DNA of 64,000 nucleotides from the IMG/VR virus record IMGVR_UViG_3300025389_000011; one strand, 5' to 3'. A model generated the notes under the pieces. The model made no database searches and had not been told where the DNA came from. It saw only the letters and a list, made by a program, of their open reading frames with translations. The translations under genes were made by a program, and so were the position numbers. The stretch is from a virus. Taxonomy: Duplodnaviria; Caudoviricetes. Shown here one piece after another: positions 60,801 through 64,000 of the stretch (the stretch's first letter is position 1; each line of letters starts with the position of its first letter).

Positions 60801-61826
60801 ACCTTCAAAATTATCATTGTCTAAAGGTGTACCAGGGAACACATAAGGATTTGGATTACCACCATCTTGGTCGTATGTAGTTTGTGCATAAAATTGATTT
60901 ACATAACCATATTCATCTTCAACGCCAGTATTATAAAACATTACTGTTAAACCATTTAATGCAGTAACACTATCAATGCCACCTAAGGCGTTTACAAATG
61001 CACCATTAACTTGACTAAAAGGAACATTACAAACAACATCTACTAAATTGTTTCCCGGGAATATATATTGGTCTAAGGCATTGGCTTCTGGTACTTGGAA
61101 TGTGATTACTCCATAATCAGCACCATTGTTTGATACTCCATATACATCACGTGTTTGTACATTTGGTTGAGTTGGACTATAACCAGTAATGCCTGGTTGA
61201 CCCTGTATCCAAAATTGACTATTTTGATTTACTGTAAATGTATATGTTCCTCCACGCAATAATGTTAGTGTTGGATTTACAGCCCCGGCAGGGTCTATAT
61301 TTGAAGTAATCAAATATGATTCAGATTGACTTTGTACTAAAAAGTTTACAGAATTATATATAACACTTGTAGAAATAGTAACAGCAGGCGGACCTGATGG
61401 CAACCAATAATATTGATTGTAATTAATAATTTTATCTAAATCAACAAAAGGATCCCATGAATAAAATTGACTGTTAAACAATCTACTGTTATTATCTGTA
61501 ATGCCACCTTGTAATTTTAATGCATCTAAAATACCAGGATAACTAATAAAATCTTGTGCTACAGTTGCACCGCTAGATGGATCAACCCCAGTGAAAACAA
61601 CACCTGGTTCTAATTGATAATCTGTTCTAGTTTTAGTTGGTTCAGTTACATAATAGTTATTTGGATTTACACCATATCCAAACTTACTACCAATATAACC
61701 TTGTATCTTTTGCGTGTTAGGCTGTGATGTGATTTGGTCTAATGTCGCACCTAAAAACTGTGTGTTTGTAGGTGTTTGGAATATTTCTGGAAGAAAATTA
61801 ATTGTTCTAACTCTTGTAGTTGCCAT
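42813..61826 (-). CDS. 6337-aa modular virion protein (baseplate wedge/fibre-like, multi-domain adhesin)
   Basis: Uninterrupted 19-kb ORF after a gp6-like gene. More than 12 copies of a ~45-aa GLxxxxPIxFxGxxFGGIxxxxxYYV module, an FG-GAP-like propeller (~52750-54750), a BNR/YCF48-like propeller (~46500-47400) and two CBM5/12-like W/Y motifs. Confidence 0.8.
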   Translation of the reverse strand: MATTRVRTINFLPEIFQTPTNTQFLGATLDQITSQPNTQKIQGYIGSKFGYGVNPNNYYVTEPTKTRTDYQLEPGVVFTGVDPSSGATVAQDFISYPGILDALKLQGGITDNNSRLFNSQFYSWDPFVDLDKIINYNQYYWLPSGPPAVTISTSVIYNSVNFLVQSQSESYLITSNIDPAGAVNPTLTLLRGGTYTFTVNQNSQFWIQGQPGITGYSPTQPNVQTRDVYGVSNNGADYGVITFQVPEANALDQYIFPGNNLVDVVCNVPFSQVNGAFVNALGGIDSVTALNGLTVMFYNTGVEDEYGYVNQFYAQTTYDQDGGNPNPYVFPGTPLDNDNFEGGYYTQVNATFYTISLIGDPSNPQIQLTPSGFIPTNENITATYGNEYINLKFFRNTNGTIEEIPYNSAILDTLYYQDGTTPSKVGIIKLVENNNNNTLNVDTEILGKTQYTSTTGIVFTNGLKVTFQGDIFPTSYASGEYYVQGVGTAIELIPTTELISPGLFSEGQYIPYDTLPYDIGNYDITLYLPLLQDYITIARNSINRNAWSRSNRWFHTDVITATAKYNNDPTIISTYATQAAKAIRPIIEFYPNLQLFDSGTIGKSPIDFIDFRTTNAFTQVAGQTNYYPDVAGYTTYNATIQAVTGPSTKTATHTTALINQITLSDTNGLFVNDTITFSGTTFGGISTGVTYYITSIIGTNITISTQKQGTNLTLTTATGTLSASIYPYSTLITIPTADLSGTFGIGQYITDSTLVLPAITQITNIEKVDTNTIITVSWYNQSTVQGTTVASLVTAYTQLSNYALFDGARIVFANDTDVNVRNKIYVSQFSTTVTNGVPIITLTEAEDGLVLPNEQTTIYRGYNYQGTDFYYNGTAWIECQQKINVNQTPYFDVFDSNGISFGDLTVYQGSSFKGSTLFQYGVGTGTNDTVLGFPIQYSGVDNIGDISFNVTLNSDTFTYVSGLSPITENVNTGYVYNYSIDGTTYIRQLGWQTAVSPSVQYQIFDFSVPALSGLTAFNCDIAPLSSTSDIQWPKVQVYVNNTYLDPANYTLTTTSDTTSIIISSAYIPVTDCVIQVLILSDQVSETAYYQTPININNNPFNTNITTANVGDIRRQYQSIFYNNPNTSGQIFGPNNYRDLGNLVPWGNAIIQNSASLVLPGAFLRDPNTNLFDSLQYNSREYITFKDLLVYTINNTNYSYIQTPAQILDDAITQISATHSSDQPFFWSDMLPCNAPYITNTYTFANSLDISIYPLSTIYDFSKANYSSVLVYLTRNGVQTQLIRGVDYTVSSTAPSLTVTYDLLQNDTITINEYNNTTGSYVPNTPTKLGLYPATIPSVTLDSDYFQPTYFIVGHDGSYNKLYGNYDPDTGALDDFRDQALLEYETRVYNNLKLSNVIPITQYEVVPGFFRTLPYSYDEFLEIYSEGFLNWVGINRINYKTQFYLKSDQFSYNYSNSANKINQEPIQQGNFRGLYLYYYDTSTPNETPWEMVGYTTMPGWWTDRYGPAPYTSDNLVLWNDMAQGIDYNNGNPFINPLYVRDGLLSVLPVDSQGNLLSPFDSIMGNYNHFTFQNDWVVGDSGPAEFSYRRSSTWPFDLMRLYALFKPAEFFNLGVDVDNYKYNAEFNQFLINDRSHLDIQNIPVYGSGTPATSYINWIVDYEKQLGVDATTQITNLFSNLDVRLVYRLAGFSDQSLLNFYLEKSSANSNNSSLLIPNENYSVLLYENTPFTTLVYSGVVVQITQNGYKVYGNSQNDAYFRVYLPNTSSKYTVSTVENLSVKVYSQFYNDVVLVPYGTEFYSAQEVASFISGYSAYLIEQGMIYESVENGVPVTWNQMIAEFLYWAQMGWDLGVITTLNPAASQLTIDKDSYVVQPLSVQEQNFVLNQNLYPIKNIDLSIFRNGTLFNVAPQNQGDSISYGQFNISNIEHGIVFDNVTQFNDIIYNLITGLRQNRIYVRGVKTADWNGTLDANGFILNQDNILPWDPTVKYTAGSIVTYKNKYWFALDIVQPNPTFIEKSWKVTNYNEVQKGLLPNGQTRAYESTLYYDTYRNNLDEDANLLSYSLIGYRPRNYLATVDLTDITQINVYKNMIKEKGTINALNAFKGANLPQGGIDYTIYENWAILSGQFGGTLNNNYVEFILQQNQLTGNPSIVGLTNGVYTDGVQQEVPLYQLVNYSETITQPNILPTISTTTPSTVYPTAGYVNFDDVKMASYYYSGLATAKNSFGTVVPLSNFYVGDYAWIANYLSDWDVFTPASLGPIVNAKNNLNGTVTITFVQPHNLTKNQIFAIVNFNTQINNYYIVAGVVDANRVLINLSLNPQLTNVTGLGVGFMFDSQRVATAPEIAELPSLLNNEFNQLLVWTDANTNGGWAVYQKSLNYTYDAEILLPASETFGSAVAYAYNLGYMIADAGAGKVYRYQYNSVYQAYEITQTLTQNTSFGTTIAYTGNTFIISEPTGNVYVYELIQTALVNSLELQQTIPAPAGGSIWGKGLAISGDANWLYISDTANNNVYVYRKSAITYLYELMETLSVAGINSNAEFGYSIATDYYGDTVTIGAPYTNYDANTASYGYAFLFNRTVQMFEATNPSQLFVPQPFTLAWTPTTTTVTASSYSGNALVLNTVVGVYVNLPFIITGTPFGGLAVNTVYYVKSISGNNITVSLTRGGPAFTLAGATTGSMNLVIQNSPLYVTVNGTLIPDSMYAVLGSTFNIYSNSTPTLNYGDLINISSINFVLAQTFTDEMTPRVGVEFGTSIATNNFANEILIGAPFELSPENHEGAVHRFTNSGEKYGMIVGAYATNVTQNHTILLNGYAVNLKPGNATVISQLINNAKITNITSTAVDGILMIQLIDVSLGVSNNKLSLTVLDSTVLAELGIELYTETQVIQCPHTAGATQFGTVVKFNEFGTSIVVSAPAGTRYSATTFDATPQNNVDLDTIFDNNATQFIDTFNNAGAVYMFDYLGAYNESITAPGLFAYAQSTNALNIDYGSQPLYGTALDYNNNVVTIGTPKFSPTTYANDTNGQVVTYVNSSTSNDWAVYRTSCPVVDVNNIGPILIYSAKTNNTLINLDYFDPLQGKLLGAVRENIDIISNVDPATYNSVGTTVGGKVWGAENLGKLWFDTSNVRFLNYHQNDVVYNSQYWGAVFPGSDVAIYSWVASNVPPNQYSGPGTAYSIDSFVVTPIINEQGAIVPIYYFWARNTNIVNQEQGKTLADSTLQSYIAQPQASGISYFSPLLQNVFALYNCSDYINNTDSVLHIGYSSGGGNDVAHTQYTLIQDGNKDSFLPGLPSTSVYNLRGSVTSTQPTGLYARMLDSLSGTNVTGAVVPDPRLPPPVRTGVLTRPRQSFFYDRLGALDNYITGANALLIQYPFNEIANSVFLYEVGPINPSTGLPFYNVANYVNSVNWWAPGYNDNTRASVQVPIYADLSTLNVPVGTIASVLKNGNGFQETYVLDATLGWVRIGLQYGTVQISSAIYDYANNAIGFGNNYFDTAPYDTYPSEETRYIIRSLNEELPDNLLVERNVGLILLFNYIQAETVQNQNFLPWLNKTSLVDVTHTVRELLPLEVFQSDNEIFLEGYLNEVKPYHVLIKDFLFAYTGTDVFEGDITDFDLPAQWNSSVQQFITPELVYNNASGDNQYLPTDSIWQETSYNQWFNNYGLSIVGQDNYLISTLQSYMAVNTTSCYVDNVTGFPVNGTITIDNEQIGYSDLNIATNQLLGLSRGLNNSGASQHLPGSKIYINLPAVLVLNSGRGYSNPPQIRAYIDTSIYPAPRVPASFTAIMNLDRVIGVTVNNPGEGYAILPSISIDPALVVSVNSSQVNTTNNTIDLQSPLLQSGDLIIYEPETGSEPIEGLIPSERYYVNVLESYPNITFALYESYLNCVNDNNRVKLNSQGTGYQNFSVGAVASCVTSAIPVRENNITLKFDRTTYNSQVIDWQPGGYYGAFYAGSYSNSELVSSSSILLDNAQPNIANILASAQGAPFEILAVENQQTLVWSSLSRNTVQTYGSGSSYPNTIRITASTGGNPVTPTLGATLGFYVGMPIQFIGEAVGNLSNYTTYYVKSLVQLPNLTTGVLEATGFTVSTSIDGNGNPGSTFALTSATVPTAGLLAYPGEVTNQAILTINYDGIRNTTATTAGTNYVTVELTPTGQNGTTNFYVGLPIFFTGDVFGGIVANEIYYVTTVVDPQTFTMSTSADPLMVNVTATSSSNNAITCDSTLGLSVNTPIIFTGTAVGNLQTGITYYVSQLFSGTKNTQFSVSLSINGPVVTLTTATAPLDPVFGTSLLTFTSQANTLKLTNGTGSMTLNVNLSINPGQIQGQQFTAYNTSGVYTGVNGTLNTSSLLNINLTATLATVNRVCLSQTGPGITNIYTNMQFNVSGNIGGLTTGTEYTVVNTGVTSVQVLSTSSTGNWLTVNGTNSTDVLYVGMPIYFSGTSLGNVLLNVIYYVHSIDNSPPSGEGRFTIATSVGSSLPLSVSNDTGSMTGTGDPYVVLSNTLTNATTNTISLTQYINPSNYASFDVSYILGGYNVAFSSAGVGYAINNTIVIPGTSVGGTTPANDLTLTVSAINSTGGITGTIATGVTPGLDNKYYVDVVDVNQIALYSDPNLKVSVSGQNLPYKGITSTTATQTATTGNVITVVSNTEFNINDPVVFTGTVFGGITIGQTYYILTKPTSTTITISTSIGGSAFTITTNATGSMTMAKSGDYLLLPEPFYFNSSIVKYNNNVYQCIVSNNDADFIFGKWELLTSGSSKLNALDRIIGYYQPTVDMPGVDLTQLVTGITYPNSTYLGNAFAPADNYPLDTILQDQPFYPTGINLSAVLYNNHAYIATSDSGNNSSINASVDGVTWSSLQLANTPIGLYDIIYVDGEYVLTGNNSATPILISIDGTTFSTPSTVVPSTGLSSIAYANGLYVAVGKNIVTATDINDWKQRYEFTGTLENNLTGVTYANTAGFTGFIAVGSGQVSTNLVINNVAIIFSSRDGISWSPLTFTTQYGLNSVASNIDTIVAVGQGGSIYTTFNTYTWFVQTSGTTENLNKIIWDNINNRFVAVGDNGAIVYGTVDGTTWTTQTSGTTQNLRSVTYNSDTNEYLVVGDNNTVLQGNTSGWTIGSIFRNPPTVYDVQGDSFTSGYGPEELVPGVVSDTLTMTVATRPGTNWDATVYQNLGYGTKSIEIQATSGTQTEYSFASIATTPSELAVYVTSYTTGLSTRVYEENGFYTVDWVNQLIILTNSLSFTSPGNADSLRIDLYETGNGDQLVKSSTSNNPIRTNETTGFQEIYLNANYSASIYQGSGVIRPGSQPYIATATHTDSTTNQITLDTVANIALNNVITFEGTVFGGVAIETPYYVKTIDDISNRITISTSINLSTGTAGVTFDLTTASGSMKAISQNGDGVVWTPPAVYHNGNLLVLGESGIVTNTLSFDNLIIVNSTYNFVPNMPITFGPGIFGGITPYITYYVKQILGYDRITISETAGGPVFVVSTESGVATYISNDFALGIADNGINAKIILAQTYNTAVDYISYTVLGQTSPIQYGYTIPQTQVFFGNASKSTFNLVNYCGGDNPNNAIVEINGLRQTIGLYSINSSTNTILFYTPPLLNSTVAVTTYNLTDRQYLNTQYGITGSPGSVFVEVVVGATVNTLATYDENSPNTYTYDENNPQIVTYDEQFNYLHLSTGTTADLTVNSPIVFSSPTFGGIIAGQVYYILQILNSTDFTISTQVGGAVFPVTSDTGTMNGSLNGLTVANIVNIDNAITPASSTVLVSQTISGTNAIVYNATHPVVPGQFIIFKAQTPGTYGGISTTGEYYIVGTIIDDTSFTITDQYGTTIQLTDYSTGTIVGYAGGQPAIRVTTGIDHNLAENSLIRIDGTVGSVQLNNNVFYAKIVTSKIIDLYLQAYTPTLNAPNFPVTNCSTYIGDGYVWLDRVFTLSNTNTTATNSTGNRITVVSTQGLIPNTPVYFTTVNSTFGDNILGGIQADVEYYVYEVSPITTAGNFIIGNQYTIVTLGTTNFTAVGASSNTIGVTFIATGYGSGTGTATADQEFTISTKQYPNQSEFVLTTDTGKVFVSQFVQINVDRLWVTINGYRVPSSKLILNPYNDLSILTTIQTGDEVIITSMMPSATPNEEVYLLNVSASNQGNVFRTNGNNRTWLTQPLQYTDSIIHFNDVKKITNSIVQNATCPAAATDGDYYIGLSANKNDICYIYVYNNTTGVELNQTSYKTVIVDTAPILQINSQVSIGDSLTITVGIGRLVFINGEQIGFEYCDLNTNTVTGLSRGTNGTGEQNYIPVYTPVYGINTTNMMTDVLYHETWNPIPGYYDTVNGDPLQIAYTQGADFLRGGIN

Positions 61827-61845
61827 ATTTTTTATAATTCTTTAA

Positions 61846-63999
61846 TTATGATGTACTTCCTGATTGTAACTCAGCCGGGGTCAGCGCGGCAATTACAACA
61901 ATATCATTAGCAGTTGCCGCATTTACAAATATTTCATAAGGTGCAGACTGAATTTCATACAAATCACCAAACGTTAAATTTGGATCGTTTGGTACTAACA
62001 CACACGAACTTACATAATCACCTATATTGCTATGAATATATGCGCTTAACTCACTAAAATAAAATGTGTCTCCAAAATTCCAATTATCAATACTAAAGTA
62101 ATTATTCATTTGCGTTAACACCGCACTTACAATTTCACTCGTACTTGCATTTGTAGTTGCATTTGGAATAACTTTAATTGTTGCTTGTAATAATGGATCA
62201 GCTTTAGGACCAAATAATGGTTTGAAAACAACATTATTTACGACCACGCTGTCACTTAACATTTTATAATCTTGTAATTGTGAATATTCAGTTGTCAATT
62301 CATTGATTGTAGGTGGAATTGGTTTTGGAATAGTATTTGTACTATTCTGAATATAATTTTGATATTGTGTATAATACGATTGAGTTACAACATATAAATC
62401 AATAATGTTTGTTGTAGCTGGATCAATACGTGTAGTGTTATTGCTATTATGGCGATATTGAAAACTTAATCCCTGACGACCTGTTTGAACACTATATTGT
62501 GATTGCTGTGCCAATGTATAATATGGAGTTGTAACTGTTGGGTCTTGTACAGTAATGTAAAACACATTATCTGTGTATGCATAAAATAGTTGTCCAACTG
62601 GATATTCATATTTTACAACTTCAATTTGTGATTGTGTTGCATATTGATAGCAAACTGTAGTACTGTCAATCAAATCATATCGTGTTAAATTAAGTGCATC
62701 TTGCACTTGTATAAAGAATGCATAAATTCCAATATTAGTACCATTTGGAATATATCCAGTTGCTTGATTAAAGAAGTCTGGATTATCTACGATACTGGAA
62801 TTATTAACATCTATACTTGCTATTTCTACTTCAAAGTCATCAACATAACCGTCACTTTCAACTGTTTGTCCAATAATACTTGCAGTAATAGGAGTGCTTA
62901 ATGGATAATTGCTGTTAGGTTGTGAATTAGTCTCTAATATTTTTATATAATCTTGTAAGATTTTTCCTGTAAATGGATCATATACTAATGACCCGGTTTC
63001 AAATGTAAATCTAGTTTGGTCTACACTACCAAAGTAATAAGCCAATGAACGATATGTTATTTGGTAACGATTATATCCTGTGCTTTCAAAAAGAACAAAC
63101 CAATTTGGATTAGTGTATAATTCTACACTCCAACGATCCTGTGCTATTGTTAATGAGTTATCAAATACCAATGAGAAATTTTGTTGTAATTCAAGTCTAG
63201 TAATACATTCTTGAATAACTGCATTGCTTAATGAATTGGTAAATGCAGGAATTACAACAGACAGTATTGCGCCTGTTGGTACAAATCCATTTAATGTTAC
63301 CGGGCCCGAACCATTAGTAAAGCTACCTTGACCATTATTATAACCATCACCGATGACATTTAACACAGTAGTCCAAATATATGTTTGATTACTTGGTGTG
63401 GGGATACCGCTTACTAAACGATTATTACTGTCAAAATAATAACCAGCGGGTGCAACAAATTTTAAGATAGCTCCGGCAGTAATATATTTTGCATTTGTTG
63501 TAGAATATGTACCAATTGGAATTGGAGTGTTTACATTATTTGTAAAATTATAAAAATATCCACTTAAACTGTTGGCATCAACTGTGCTGATTTGCCAATA
63601 ATCAAATGCTGTTCCTGTGTCTGCTACATATGTAGAATTACTACTTATTGATGGACCAGTTGCGTATCTAGGATAGTATTGTATATAGTATTGCATTGCT
63701 CGGTTACCAGCTAATACAGCTGCCAATGTACCGCTTAAGAATGTAATAATATCGCCAGTGTTATTAATTGTTAATAACGAAAATCCTGAGGTTGCATTTA
63801 ACCAAATACCACCATCGTCTGCAAAGCTATTGCTACTACTATATTTTCCTGTAGGGTCTAGTAAGTCTAAGTTTTTACTTACACCTACGCTACTACGGTT
63901 GATTGCTTTACTTTTAATAATTGAACTATACAATGTATACGGGAAGTTGTTATAGTCTTCTCCATTAACCATACGATTTTGTGTATAGTATCTGCTAGG
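61846..63999 (-). CDS. Baseplate wedge subunit, T4 gp6-like, 3' part (5' end beyond window)
   Basis: Frame open to the edge: PSRYYTQNRMVNGEDY matches the gp6 QNRxVTxxDY motif; C-terminal YFSIDNWNFGDTFYFSELSAYI. Confidence 0.7.
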   Translation of the reverse strand, partial: PSRYYTQNRMVNGEDYNNFPYTLYSSIIKSKAINRSSVGVSKNLDLLDPTGKYSSSNSFADDGGIWLNATSGFSLLTINNTGDIITFLSGTLAAVLAGNRAMQYYIQYYPRYATGPSISSNSTYVADTGTAFDYWQISTVDANSLSGYFYNFTNNVNTPIPIGTYSTTNAKYITAGAILKFVAPAGYYFDSNNRLVSGIPTPSNQTYIWTTVLNVIGDGYNNGQGSFTNGSGPVTLNGFVPTGAILSVVIPAFTNSLSNAVIQECITRLELQQNFSLVFDNSLTIAQDRWSVELYTNPNWFVLFESTGYNRYQITYRSLAYYFGSVDQTRFTFETGSLVYDPFTGKILQDYIKILETNSQPNSNYPLSTPITASIIGQTVESDGYVDDFEVEIASIDVNNSSIVDNPDFFNQATGYIPNGTNIGIYAFFIQVQDALNLTRYDLIDSTTVCYQYATQSQIEVVKYEYPVGQLFYAYTDNVFYITVQDPTVTTPYYTLAQQSQYSVQTGRQGLSFQYRHNSNNTTRIDPATTNIIDLYVVTQSYYTQYQNYIQNSTNTIPKPIPPTINELTTEYSQLQDYKMLSDSVVVNNVVFKPLFGPKADPLLQATIKVIPNATTNASTSEIVSAVLTQMNNYFSIDNWNFGDTFYFSELSAYIHSNIGDYVSSCVLVPNDPNLTFGDLYEIQSAPYEIFVNAATANDIVVIAALTPAELQSGSTS

Positions 64000-64000
64000 A

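Noticed and set aside
373-63955. Plus-strand ORFs and short alternative-frame minus ORFs in the ORF track
   Set aside because: All lie opposite or inside longer motif-bearing minus-strand genes, lack SDs and have shadow-type composition (e.g. 8638-8853 poly-Leu/Val mirrors the Asn repeat).
1-64000. Stop-codon reassignment, introns or inteins
   Set aside because: Genes tile densely in code 11 using TAA, TGA and TAG stops; no split genes or intein motifs noticed.

Overview
AT-rich fragment of a large T4-related (jumbo) myovirus genome infecting a Gram-negative host, probably an aquatic proteobacterium (inference). All credible genes are on the minus strand, read in standard code 11 and packed tightly. 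From low to high coordinates there are four blocks. (1) 0.2-9 kb, a host-envelope and translation island: GT4 (Agt-like), RimK, PlcP-like phosphoesterase, an outer-membrane beta-barrel, a DUF4214/S-layer-like protein, a circularly permuted two-piece tmRNA (tag ANDSVYSLAA) whose intervening segment is exactly filled by a 40-codon membrane-peptide gene, and a three-gene secreted/membrane module. (2) 9-14.4 kb, a 1770-aa protein with about 15 tandem ~65-aa W/D/P repeats plus degenerate glycosyltransferase-like domains. (3) 14.4-39.7 kb, an apparently single late operon with a carbamoyltransferase, four SGNH-like proteins, 13 radical SAM paralogs (12 with an N-terminal twitch domain; 12 consecutive), a sulfotransferase and three GT-A-like enzymes. 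(4) 39.8-64 kb, virion genes including a 6337-aa modular baseplate/fibre protein and a gp6-like wedge protein cut by the window edge. No CRISPR array, integrase, RT or tRNA was seen. All family assignments are by eye from motifs; no database search was run.
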